A stretch of 40,000 nt of DNA from Morganella psychrotolerans. Lineage in GTDB: Bacteria > Pseudomonadota > Gammaproteobacteria > Enterobacterales > Enterobacteriaceae. Made by a program: the position numbers and the translations under genes. Shown here in pieces: positions 31,750-40,000 of the stretch. The notes beneath the pieces were generated by a model, which saw nothing but the letters and a program-made list of their open reading frames with translations, searched no databases and was not told the DNA's origin. The DNA is taken from positions 109,688 through 149,687 of the forward strand of contig NZ_CBCPJD010000009.1 of assembly GCF_965118875.1 (NCBI RefSeq), written 5' to 3'. The first letter of the stretch is position 1. Every line of letters starts with the position of its first letter.

Positions 31750-33410
31750 TGACTGTACAAATCTTAGGGGCGGACGGTCGTCCGCTGCCGCCGTCAGCAC
31801 CGAAAATGAGATACGGGGCATTGTCCGGCAGCAGCCGGGTGCCGTATGACGCAGCGGACTCGTTCAGTGATCAGATGGCAAACTGGCAGCCCGCGCTGTG
31901 GTCACCGGATAACGAGATTAACATCTACCGGGATCGCATCGTGTCACGCATGCGTGATCTGGCACGTAATGACGGGTGGGCCGCCGGTGCCATTACCCGC
32001 GTACTGGATAACGCCGTGGGCGCCTGTTACCGCCCGGTGTTCAAGCCGGATTACCGGATGCTGCAGTTACTGACCGGTAATAAATCATTTGATGCCACCT
32101 GGGCGGCAGAGTACAGCCGGTTTATTACCGCACACTGGCGCTCATGGGCGAATGACAAAGGTCGCTATTGTGATGCGGAGCGAAAGCAGACCGTATCACA
32201 GATGCTGCGCCTCGGGTTTCGTCACAAGTTATTAGACGGTGACGCGCTGGCCGTTCTGCAATACCGGACAGACCGCCTCGGACACGGGAAAGCCCGTTAT
32301 GCGACAACTGTCCAGATTATCGATCCCGACCGTCTCAGCAACCCGCAGCAAAATTTCGATATGCCGAACATACGCGGCGGTGTGGAGATTGATCATGACG
32401 GTGCGCCGGTTGCTTACCACATCCGGGAAGCACACATGGGCGACTGGTGGGCAGGTAAAAAGACCATGACATGGCAACGTGTGCCCCGGGAAACCTCATG
32501 GGGGCGCTCTGTCGTGGTGCATGATTTTGATATGGAGCGCGGGGCACAGCACAGGGGGATCGGCATTCTGGCTCCCATCGTTCAGAAGCTGAAAATGCTG
32601 ATTAAATACGATGAATCGGAGCTGGAGGCGGCGATCTTAAATGCTGTTTTCGGGGCGTATATCGAATCACCTTATGATTCCAATATGGTGGCTTCCGCGC
32701 TCGGGGACAGCAACGGCGGTGGTTTTAATGACGGCGAGGAACTGAGCGCCTATCAGACACAGCGTAGTGAATATTATCAGGACAAACGCCTGGATCTTCA
32801 GAATGGCGCGCGCATACCGCACCTCTTCCCGAATGAAAAAATTGTCACCCTTGACGCTGCGCGGCCGACCAGTAATTTCGCCGGATTTGAAAGCGCGGTC
32901 CTGCGAAATGTGTCATCCGCTACCGGACTATCCGCTCAGCAAATCACTCAGGACTGGTCAGATGTTAACTACTCGTCTGCCCGTGCTGCGATGCTGGAGG
33001 CGTGGAAAACCCTGACCCGCCGCCGTGATGAATTCTCAAGTGGATTCGCTCAGCCAATCGCTGTGGCATTTTCGGAAGAGATCCATGATGTTGAGGATGT
33101 CCCTTTGCCAGCGGGTGCGCCTGATTTTGCAGAGGCATCAGCAGCCTATTGTCGCGCCAGATGGATGGGACCGGGGCGTGGGTGGGTAGATCCGGTCGCA
33201 GAGAAAAAAGGCGCCATCCTCAGTATGGAGGCGGGTTTATCCACACTGGAAATGGAGACGGCTGAAAATCTGGGTGAAGACTGGGAAGAATTGGTAGACC
33301 AGCGTAATTATGAACTTCAGCGGTTTAAAGAACTCGGCTTACCGCCGCCAAGTTGGGCACTGGCAGATGCCTTTGCACCAAATCCGGAAAACAAACAGGA
33401 GGCGAAGTGA
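31749..33410 (+). CDS. Portal protein (lambda gpB family)
   Basis: 553 aa. Blocks YSSARAAMLEAWKTLTRRRDEF and MEAGLSTLEMETAENLGEDWEEL parallel lambda gpB. Its start overlaps the gpW stop (TGATG). Confidence 0.9.
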   Translation: MTVQILGADGRPLPPSAPKMRYGALSGSSRVPYDAADSFSDQMANWQPALWSPDNEINIYRDRIVSRMRDLARNDGWAAGAITRVLDNAVGACYRPVFKPDYRMLQLLTGNKSFDATWAAEYSRFITAHWRSWANDKGRYCDAERKQTVSQMLRLGFRHKLLDGDALAVLQYRTDRLGHGKARYATTVQIIDPDRLSNPQQNFDMPNIRGGVEIDHDGAPVAYHIREAHMGDWWAGKKTMTWQRVPRETSWGRSVVVHDFDMERGAQHRGIGILAPIVQKLKMLIKYDESELEAAILNAVFGAYIESPYDSNMVASALGDSNGGGFNDGEELSAYQTQRSEYYQDKRLDLQNGARIPHLFPNEKIVTLDAARPTSNFAGFESAVLRNVSSATGLSAQQITQDWSDVNYSSARAAMLEAWKTLTRRRDEFSSGFAQPIAVAFSEEIHDVEDVPLPAGAPDFAEASAAYCRARWMGPGRGWVDPVAEKKGAILSMEAGLSTLEMETAENLGEDWEELVDQRNYELQRFKELGLPPPSWALADAFAPNPENKQEAK

Positions 33411-34261
33411 ATTTACCCCACCTGGCACAGAAGCTGTTTAATACGCCTCTTGCCATACACCCGCAAAAAGCGGAAGTGATTGTGTCCTCTCTGACAGAAC
33501 GGCTCGGTATTACGCAGATCCGCAGCACAATGATGGAAGGCGATGACGAATATTTCAGCCGCAAAGCCCGTGAGGACAGCGGTTATGACGTACTGGAAGG
33601 TATCGCGCTTATCCCGGTTTACGGCACCCTGGTTCAGAAACTCGGAACGTTGCGTCCGTACAGCGGCATGACCGGCTATGACGGTATCCGCCGGGTCTTT
33701 CTGACTGCGATGAATGACCCGGAGGTGAAAGGCATCTGTCTGGATATTGACTCTCCCGGCGGCGAAGTGGCTGGCTGTTTCGACCTGGTTGATTTGATTT
33801 ATGCCGAACGCGGCAAAAAGCCGGTTCACGCCATCCTCTCTGAAAATGCCTATTCAGCGGCTTACGCCCTTGCCAGTGCCGCAGACAAAATATACGTCCC
33901 GCGCACCGGCGGTGTCGGCTCGGTCGGGGTGATCGTCATTCACTGTGACTGGTCACAGCACATCAAAGAAGAGGGGTTGAAGGTATCCATTATTACCTAC
34001 GGGAACCGCAAAGCGGAAAGCAACCCGTATGTGTCGCTGAGTGACGAGGCAAAAGCCGCTATTCAGCACGATGTCGATGAAATGGGGCGTCTGTTTGTGA
34101 GCACTGTTTCCCGTAACCGCGGATTGTCTGAGACGGTTGTCCGCAATACACAGGCTGCCTGTTACTTGGCAGTCGAGGGCGTACAGATGGGATTGGCTGA
34201 TGTGGTTGCCAGTCCTGATGTCGCATTTCAGGAACTAATGAAAGAATCCGGAGTAATTTGA
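33407..34261 (+). CDS. Head maturation protease, S49/ClpP-like (lambda gpC family)
   Basis: ICLDIDSPGGEVAG and SAAYALASAADKIY are typical SppA/S49 blocks. GTG 33407 has a perfect AGGAGG upstream and overlaps the portal stop. Confidence 0.85.
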   Translation: MNLPHLAQKLFNTPLAIHPQKAEVIVSSLTERLGITQIRSTMMEGDDEYFSRKAREDSGYDVLEGIALIPVYGTLVQKLGTLRPYSGMTGYDGIRRVFLTAMNDPEVKGICLDIDSPGGEVAGCFDLVDLIYAERGKKPVHAILSENAYSAAYALASAADKIYVPRTGGVGSVGVIVIHCDWSQHIKEEGLKVSIITYGNRKAESNPYVSLSDEAKAAIQHDVDEMGRLFVSTVSRNRGLSETVVRNTQAACYLAVEGVQMGLADVVASPDVAFQELMKESGVI

Positions 34262-34262
34262 T

Positions 34263-34874
34263 ATGGCAGATAATAAGTTTACCTTTGCACACCTTATCGG
34301 GCTGGGTAAAAAAGCCAAAGCCTCAGAAGATGAAGACGACAAAGCTCGTAAAGCCAAAGGCCGCAAAGCGGAAGAGGACGAACGCGAAGAAGATGCGGAA
34401 GACGATGAGTCCGACGCAGAAGACCAGGACGACGAAAAAGAAAACGGTAAAAAAGGCAAGAAAGCCAAAAAAGCCAAAGGTGATGATGAAGATCCTGACG
34501 CCGAAGAGGAAGACGCGGAAGGTGACGACGAAGACGCTGAAGATGATGACGACAACAAAGACGTGAAAAAAGGTCGTCGCGCAGAGCAGAAACGCTGCGC
34601 CCGTATCTTCGGCAGCAAAGCCGCCGCCGGTCGTCCGGATATGGCAGCACATCTGGCATTCAACACCCGCATGTCGTCATCCGAAGCTGTCAGCACACTG
34701 AAAGCAATGGGTGCGGTACAGCCCGCCACGCAGCGCGCATCACTCGACAGCCGTATGCGTGCAGAGCAACAGGTGCGGATTAATCCCGATGCTCAGGCTC
34801 CGGTACGCGGTTCAGCGGATGCATTGGTTCAGCAAATGACCACTCTTTATAACACCAATAAGGGAGCGAAATAA
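34263..34874 (+). CDS. Putative scaffolding protein with a long acidic/lysine low-complexity region
   Basis: 203 aa, located between the protease and decoration genes. About residues 20-100 are almost entirely D/E/K/A. The call rests on position. Confidence 0.6.
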   Translation: MADNKFTFAHLIGLGKKAKASEDEDDKARKAKGRKAEEDEREEDAEDDESDAEDQDDEKENGKKGKKAKKAKGDDEDPDAEEEDAEGDDEDAEDDDDNKDVKKGRRAEQKRCARIFGSKAAAGRPDMAAHLAFNTRMSSSEAVSTLKAMGAVQPATQRASLDSRMRAEQQVRINPDAQAPVRGSADALVQQMTTLYNTNKGAK

Positions 34875-35266
34875 TGGAACAGTTTTCACAAAACCCGTTT
34901 CAGCCAGGCGCACGTCAGGCGGTATTCAATCCGGATCAGCTTATTTCCGGTCCGTTGCAGGTTGTCACTGACACCGGCATTATCGCCAAAGCCGGCATTC
35001 TGAAGCGTGGCACGATTCTCGGTAAGGTCAAGGCCTCCGGCGAATACGTGCTGAGTAAGAAAGCCGCGGAAGACGGCAGTGAAATCCCGTGCGCTATTCT
35101 GGTGGATGATGTTGATACCACGGAAGACAGCGTGTCCGGTGGTGTTTATCTGATGGGCGAGTTTAACCAAAACCGCATTATCTTTGATGCCGCCTGGACT
35201 GCGGCAGAACTGAAAGATGCACTGCGCCCGTTCTCTGTTTTTCTGCGCGACAGTGTAACAGCCTGA
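34874..35266 (+). CDS. Head decoration protein (lambda gpD family)
   Basis: 130 aa, immediately upstream of the major capsid gene. The pattern GTILGKV...DGSEIPCAILVDDVD...VYLMGEFN is typical of the gpD-like family. Confidence 0.75.
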   Translation: MEQFSQNPFQPGARQAVFNPDQLISGPLQVVTDTGIIAKAGILKRGTILGKVKASGEYVLSKKAAEDGSEIPCAILVDDVDTTEDSVSGGVYLMGEFNQNRIIFDAAWTAAELKDALRPFSVFLRDSVTA

Positions 35267-35283
35267 TCCCCTCCCTTTAATAC

Positions 35284-35326
35284 AGACGTCCTGATGTCAG
35301 CAATGGCAGGCATTTTGACGTCTTTT
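35284..35326 (+). terminator. Hairpin with short T-run between the D-like and E-like genes (possible attenuator)
   Basis: agacgtc (35284-35290) pairs with gacgtct (35317-35323) and TTTT follows. The loop is large (26 nt) and has inner pairings. Confidence 0.3.
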
Positions 35327-35340
35327 ATACGAGAAAAAGT

Positions 35341-36387
35341 ATGAATATTTTCGACACTAACGTATTAATCCAGGTTGTCCCGAATCTGATGACCAGTCAG
35401 AACTGGCTGCTGGATAAGTTTTTCCCGAACATCGTGGAATCCGATACTGAAGAAGTTTCCATTGATGTGGATGTCGGTCTGCGCCGCCTGGCACCGTTTG
35501 TTTCTCCGCTGGTGGAAGGCAAGTTGGTTGAATCCCGCAAGTTCCAGACAAACAGCTTTAAACCGGCTTACATCAAAGATAAGCGCGCGCCGGATCTGCG
35601 CAAGCCCATCCGCCGTCAGATTGGTGAGCGTATCGGTGGGCAGTACACCGCTGCTGAGCGTGAAATGCTGAATGTACAGCTTGAACTGGCAGATCAGATT
35701 GACATGATTAACCGTCGCCTGGAATGGATGGCATCCAGCGCACTCCAGACCGGCACGGTAACCGTAACCGGTGACGGGTACGAAACTCAGGTAGTGGATT
35801 TTGGTCGCTCAGCGAACCTGACTATCGCTCTGAGCGGCGCTGATAAGTGGCCGGTAAAAGTGAATATCGGTGAAACCAACACCAAACCGACTGACGATAT
35901 CGAAGACTGGGCGCAGGCCATGCTGAAAGAATCCGGGGCGGTGGCGACAGATATCGTGTTCACCACCAAATCGTGGAAAGCTTTCCGTCTGGACACATCA
36001 ATTAAAGACAGCGCCATTGTATTCCCCGCGCTTTCTCCGTTTGGTAACCAGATTAACCCGGGTACTCAGGTTCAGAAAGGCGCTGTGTATAAAGGCCGCT
36101 GGGGTAACTATGACCTGTGGGTGTACAACGACTGGTTTATCGATCCGCTCGACGGAAAAGAAAAACCAATGATCACGGATGGCTCAGTGATTATGTCCGG
36201 TGCTGACCTGATGGGAACCCGTGCATTCGGCGCAATTATTGACCCGGCATTCAACTATGGCCCGATGGCATACGCGCCAAAGTCATGGCTGGAGCATGAC
36301 CCGGCACAGCGCATGCTGATGATGCAGTCTGCACCGCTGGTTATTCCGAGCCGCGTTAACGCATCATTGTGTGCCGTTGTGGTTTAA
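35341..36387 (+). CDS. Major capsid protein (lambda gpE family)
   Basis: 348 aa. Blocks LAPFVSPLVEGK and MMQSAPLVIPSRVNASLCAVVV parallel lambda gpE (YVSPIVSG, MIQSAPLML). Confidence 0.9.
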   Translation: MNIFDTNVLIQVVPNLMTSQNWLLDKFFPNIVESDTEEVSIDVDVGLRRLAPFVSPLVEGKLVESRKFQTNSFKPAYIKDKRAPDLRKPIRRQIGERIGGQYTAAEREMLNVQLELADQIDMINRRLEWMASSALQTGTVTVTGDGYETQVVDFGRSANLTIALSGADKWPVKVNIGETNTKPTDDIEDWAQAMLKESGAVATDIVFTTKSWKAFRLDTSIKDSAIVFPALSPFGNQINPGTQVQKGAVYKGRWGNYDLWVYNDWFIDPLDGKEKPMITDGSVIMSGADLMGTRAFGAIIDPAFNYGPMAYAPKSWLEHDPAQRMLMMQSAPLVIPSRVNASLCAVVV

Positions 36388-36399
36388 CAGGGGGATTTG

Positions 36400-36816
36400 A
36401 TGGCGAATAAAAAAAATACGCCGGAGAAACCACAGGAACCGGGCGGCCTGCCGCCCGAACTGATGGTACCCGATCAGGTTAATCCGGCGTTACTGCAGGA
36501 CGTTACCGGTGATAATCAGGGTAATGAAACCACATCAGCACAGAATACCGGCATCAAATCCGGCGGTGGGGCGTCTGTTTTTGATCCTGAATCCGACACG
36601 AGACAGGATCAGGACTCAGCCGGTATCTATGTCGTTATTAAAGGCCGCTGTGTTCAGCATAACGGCGTTATGTACCACGAAAACCAGCAGATTACACCGG
36701 ATGAAGACGACGCAGCCCGCCTGCTGAGTCTCGGGGTGATCATGACGCTGGAGGCTGTGCAGGCAAAATTAGCGAAAGCCAATCCGCCCGGCACGGTAAC
36801 CATCAATGGGCGTTGA
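36400..36816 (+). CDS. Hypothetical head-module protein (138 aa)
   Basis: It follows the capsid gene, in the position of lambda FI-type packaging and head-completion genes. ATG 36400 is used because the ORF-track start is a TTG. Confidence 0.55.
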   Translation: MANKKNTPEKPQEPGGLPPELMVPDQVNPALLQDVTGDNQGNETTSAQNTGIKSGGGASVFDPESDTRQDQDSAGIYVVIKGRCVQHNGVMYHENQQITPDEDDAARLLSLGVIMTLEAVQAKLAKANPPGTVTINGR

Positions 36817-37144
36817 CTGGGATAAGCACCTGCTGAACCCGCTGCATAACGTATTCGCTGAAAAAGCCCGGTGGGAGCCGGGTAAAAGTGCCAACGGTAC
36901 TGAGCCTTATGATATCGACGGCATTTTTGACCGCGCTTATTTTCAGAATTACGAAAGCACGGACGACGAAAGCGGCATAAATACCACAAAACCTATCCTC
37001 GGTGTGCGCGATGTGATTTTTAAAGCATCGCCGCAGAAAGGGGATCGGGTATTTATTTACAGCGTCGGCACCCTGTTTGTAGTGTATGACGTGCAGCCGG
37101 ACAGTCACGGTGGAACCCACCTGCTTCTGAATAAGGTGAAATAA
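36806..37144 (+). CDS. Head-tail connector / head completion protein (FII-like)
   Basis: 112 aa. Position and the C-terminal pattern VVYDVQPDSHGGTHLLLNK are typical of the FII-like / Gifsy-2 'ATP-binding sugar transporter-like' family. Confidence 0.6.
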   Translation: MGVDWDKHLLNPLHNVFAEKARWEPGKSANGTEPYDIDGIFDRAYFQNYESTDDESGINTTKPILGVRDVIFKASPQKGDRVFIYSVGTLFVVYDVQPDSHGGTHLLLNKVK

Positions 37145-37683
37145 TGAACGCAGCCAGAGTCCGTGAACTGGTTGTCGCCGCCCTGAAGGGGAAAACTAAC
37201 GCAGAAGACCGCGTGTATTCCCCGCAGGACTGGCCGACAACGGGCGCGGAATACCCCTGCATTATCGTGCAGACACCCTTTGACCACAAAAAATCCCTCG
37301 GGCGCAACGTACCGCAGTTCAATACCGTTACCACGGTGCGCGTTACCGGTCGCCTGGAGGAATTTGACGGTGAGGATTTGGACGGTGCCATAAAAGCTGA
37401 ACTCGCGCTGGAATCCCTGCGTGAACAGATTGAACGGGCGGTGATCAACAGTTATGAATTAACCCGGCAAATCCAGCAATTTCCGGAAGTCCGTTCTCAG
37501 ATAGTCATCAGCGCTGCCGGTGAAGGTCACATGGCGCAGTTGCTGATGGACATCGATATCGAATACTACCAGGGACCGGAAGAATTTTACCCGGTTGACG
37601 GGGATCCGCTCACTGGTATCGACATCAACATTCAGCAGCCGGACGGCTCACCAGAACATCACGTCAGTATTGACCTGCCTTAA
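37144..37683 (+). CDS. Putative neck / tail-completion protein
   Basis: 179 aa. It is translationally coupled (ATAATG) and lies between the connector and tail sheath genes. Confidence 0.5.
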   Translation: MNAARVRELVVAALKGKTNAEDRVYSPQDWPTTGAEYPCIIVQTPFDHKKSLGRNVPQFNTVTTVRVTGRLEEFDGEDLDGAIKAELALESLREQIERAVINSYELTRQIQQFPEVRSQIVISAAGEGHMAQLLMDIDIEYYQGPEEFYPVDGDPLTGIDINIQQPDGSPEHHVSIDLP

Positions 37684-37695
37684 TCAGGAGCAACC

Positions 37696-37863
37696 ATGCT
37701 TGTAAAACCCGTAACAGGCCGCAGCGTCCGCTGTCCGGTCAAAGGGGAGTTTTTGCCTGAATCCGGGCAGGACGTACCCGATAACGTATTCTGGCGCGCA
37801 CGCTTACAACAAGGCGATGTCGTGCCGGTTAATCCTCAGAAAGCGAAGGAGCAAAAAGCATGA
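37696..37863 (+). CDS. Small DUF2635-like protein (Mu-like gp38 type)
   Basis: 55 aa: MLVKPVTGRSVRCPVKGEFLPESGQDVPDNVFWRARLQQGDVVPV. AGGAG lies upstream. Its stop overlaps the sheath start (ATGA). It is below the ORF-track cutoff. Confidence 0.6.
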   Translation: MLVKPVTGRSVRCPVKGEFLPESGQDVPDNVFWRARLQQGDVVPVNPQKAKEQKA

Positions 37864-39350
37864 CAGTGCCATTTGCCAAAATTCCTAATAACCTGCGTAC
37901 CCCGTTGTTTTTCGTTGAGTTCGATAACTCGATGGCAAACACTGCCACCGCCACGCAGCGCACCCTGTTAATCGGACAGATGCTGGATGGTTCAGCAGGT
38001 GAGGACAGTATCCCTGAGCGTATCAGCTCGGGAACACAGGCCGCCGAGCGTTTCGGGCGTGGCTCTGTGCTTCACACGGAAGCCGAAGCCTATTTTCGCA
38101 ACGATACTGCCGGTGAAGTGTGGGCGATACCGCTGAGCGATACCAAAACACAGACAGCAGCAACGGGCAGCCTGAAAATCACCAGTGCCGCCAATAACAC
38201 CGGGGTTATTTCCCTGTATATCGCCGGTATCCGGGTGCAACTCGCCGTTGTGGCCACGGACGATATCAATGTGATTGCCGCCGGATTGGCAACGGTCATT
38301 AACCGCAATGCAGATTTACCTGTCACCGCTGTCGCAGAGACTGACACCGTCACCCTGACCGCCAAAAACAAAGGCGCACACGGTAACGGGATTGATATCC
38401 GCCTGAACTATCGCGGGCAGATGGGCGGGGAAAGCACACCGTCCGGCTTTGAAATGACCATCACGGCAATGACCGGCGGTAACGGTGCGCCGGATCTGCT
38501 CACCGGTCTGGCAAATCTGAAAGACCGGTCCTTTGATTTTATCGTCAACCCGTACACCGATACTGCAGCGCTCGATGCAGTCAAAGACTTTTTGTCGGAC
38601 AACGGCGGTCGCTGGGCGTGGGATCAGCAGTTATATGGTCATAGCTACGGTGCCATTTCCGGCACTTATGGTCAGTTGGCTGATTTCGGTGAAAAACGTA
38701 ATGACCAGCATGCCTCCCTGCTCGGTGTCACGGAATCCCCGTCTCCGGTATATCAGTGGAGCGCGGCGTATGTCGGTGCGATTGCGCAGAGCCTGCGTAA
38801 TGACCCGGGCAGACCACTACAGACTCTGACGGTCAGCGGTGTACTGCCGCCGGACAACACCAAACAGTTAACCCTGACTGAGCGTAATAACCTGCTGTAC
38901 AGCGGGATTTCCACGTTCACAGTGGATGATGACGGCACTGTCCGTATCGAAAACATCATCACCACCTACCAGAAAAATGCATACGGCGACAATGACGACA
39001 GTTATTTACAGGTCGAAACTCTGTATCTGCTGATGTTTGTTTCCCGCTACCTGCGCACTCAGGTGACCAGTAAATTCGGTCGTATGAAACTGGCAGCTGA
39101 CGGCACCCGTTTTGCGCCGGGTGCGGCGATTGTCACCCCGAACATCATCCGCGCAGAACTGATCGCACAGTATGGTTTTCTGGAATTTAACGGGCATGTG
39201 CAGGATGCGAAAGGCTTCGCCAAAGGGCTGAAAGTCGAGCGTAATAGCCAGAACCCGAACCGTGTCGATGTTCTCTGGACCGGTACTCTCATCAATCAGC
39301 TGCGTGTGTTTGCGCTGCTTAATCAGTTTCGCCTGATGCCGGGCAACTAA
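37860..39350 (+). CDS. Contractile tail sheath protein (Mu gpL-like)
   Basis: 496 aa. The N-terminus (VPFAKIPNNLRTPLFFVEFDNS) is typical of Mu-like sheath proteins. The tube gene follows. Confidence 0.85.
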   Translation: MTVPFAKIPNNLRTPLFFVEFDNSMANTATATQRTLLIGQMLDGSAGEDSIPERISSGTQAAERFGRGSVLHTEAEAYFRNDTAGEVWAIPLSDTKTQTAATGSLKITSAANNTGVISLYIAGIRVQLAVVATDDINVIAAGLATVINRNADLPVTAVAETDTVTLTAKNKGAHGNGIDIRLNYRGQMGGESTPSGFEMTITAMTGGNGAPDLLTGLANLKDRSFDFIVNPYTDTAALDAVKDFLSDNGGRWAWDQQLYGHSYGAISGTYGQLADFGEKRNDQHASLLGVTESPSPVYQWSAAYVGAIAQSLRNDPGRPLQTLTVSGVLPPDNTKQLTLTERNNLLYSGISTFTVDDDGTVRIENIITTYQKNAYGDNDDSYLQVETLYLLMFVSRYLRTQVTSKFGRMKLAADGTRFAPGAAIVTPNIIRAELIAQYGFLEFNGHVQDAKGFAKGLKVERNSQNPNRVDVLWTGTLINQLRVFALLNQFRLMPGN

Positions 39351-39360
39351 GGAAAAATCT

Positions 39361-39729
39361 ATGGGCGATACATCAAACCGCCTGGCGGGAACGGCCCATG
39401 TCTCCGTCAACGGTATGTCAATTATGGTGGCGGCTGATTTTACCTACAGCCCGTCAAAAGTGACCCGCGAAACCCTGACCGGGATGGATTCGGTGCACGG
39501 CTATAAAGAAAAGCCGTCACCCGGCTTTATTTCGATGAGTGTCCGCGATTCCGGCGGTACTACGGTCGCTGATTTTAACGACATGACCAATGTCAACGTG
39601 GTGGCAGAGCTGGCGAACGGTAAAACTATCATTGGTGAAGGGCTTTGGGTGGTTCAGACCCAGGAAGTAAAAAGTGAAGATGCCGTATTTGACGTGCGCT
39701 TCGAAGGCAGAACGGTAACGGAGAACTGA
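39361..39729 (+). CDS. Tail tube protein (Mu gpM-like)
   Basis: 122 aa, directly after the sheath gene. Size and beta-rich sequence fit Mu-type tube proteins. Confidence 0.75.
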   Translation: MGDTSNRLAGTAHVSVNGMSIMVAADFTYSPSKVTRETLTGMDSVHGYKEKPSPGFISMSVRDSGGTTVADFNDMTNVNVVAELANGKTIIGEGLWVVQTQEVKSEDAVFDVRFEGRTVTEN

Positions 39730-39731
39730 TC

Positions 39732-40000
39732 GTGGAAACAACTAAAACCATTATTTTGAGTAAAGCACTGGAATCCAATGACGGTAATACCCGTTATGAG
39801 GAAATTAACCTGCGTGAGCCGTGTCTGTTTGAAGTGGAACAGTTTTATAACGAGATGGATAAAACGATTGGCTCTCTTCCGGCTATGCGTCTGCTGATTG
39901 TGCTGGTCAGCGGGGTACCGGATCAGGTAGTTAAGAGAATGGCAATTTCTGACTTTGTGGAATGCCGTGATTTCCTGATGAGTTTTTTGACTTTAACGCC
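39732..40000 (+). CDS. Tail assembly chaperone (partial, continues beyond the window)
   Basis: GTG 39732 opens a reading frame that runs to the window edge. The call rests on its position after the tube gene. Confidence 0.5.
   Translation, partial: METTKTIILSKALESNDGNTRYEEINLREPCLFEVEQFYNEMDKTIGSLPAMRLLIVLVSGVPDQVVKRMAISDFVECRDFLMSFLTLT

Larger units (their letters stand above)
8242..40000. mobile_element. Prophage: lambdoid regulation, lambda-type head, Mu-type contractile tail. Left end at tRNA-Ser; right end beyond the window.
   Basis: The integrase lies immediately 3' of the tRNA. From there the window holds an uninterrupted series of phage modules (immunity, replication, Q, lysis, packaging, head, tail) up to position 40000. 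Confidence 0.9.

Noticed and set aside
34235-34729. Four overlapping ORFs on both strands (34235..34729-, 34258..34566+, 34294..34659-, 34323..34652-) with Ser-, Lys- or Arg/Leu-rich translations
   Set aside because: They are shadow frames of the purine-rich low-complexity tract in the scaffold gene. They have no independent start signals, and the +1-frame gene fits the head operon.

Overview
The window has two parts. (1) Positions 1-8241 are a conserved Enterobacterales chromosomal backbone, syntenic with the E. coli 22-min region. It carries sulA (with a perfect LexA box), sxy/tfoX, yccS, helD, mgsA, yccU, hspQ, tusE and tRNA-Ser(UGA). The genus cannot be determined from the sequence alone. 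(2) From about 8242 to the window end lies at least 31.8 kb of a prophage integrated next to the 3' end of the tRNA-Ser gene. Its right end (attR) is outside the window.

Prophage layout, left to right:
- P4-type integrase and an AlpA-like excisionase.
- A leftward early operon made almost entirely of ORFans, plus one ORF6N/KilAC antirepressor.
- An immunity region: pL, a rexB-rexA-orf96-cI operon, then pRM/pR and cro.
- A replication module: an initiator carrying internal iterons, and a primase-helicase.
- A Q-type antiterminator.
- An AT-rich two-gene cargo cassette and an orphan DNA methyltransferase.
- A lysis cassette: lambda S-like holin, endolysin, an inserted Rha gene, and Rz with embedded Rz1.
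- Two unknown genes.
- An array of TGTCCCA heptamers in front of a lambda-type packaging and head module (Nu1, A, W, B, C, scaffold, D, E).
- The start of a Mu-type contractile tail (DUF2635-like protein, sheath, tube, chaperone).

Candidates for something new, most interesting first:
(a) The AT-rich cassette at 21391-22943, in the position Stx toxins occupy in Stx phages. It pairs a signal-anchored beta-rich protein with a 318-aa protein that has a His-then-Cys, permuted-papain-like motif pattern.
(b) A strongly acidic 96-aa gene inserted between cI and a RexA/RexB-type exclusion module. It is bracketed by 20-bp direct repeats.
(c) The AT-rich block of unrecognisable early-left genes at 12054-14298.

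All functional calls rest on reading the translations and DNA motifs by eye. No database search was run.
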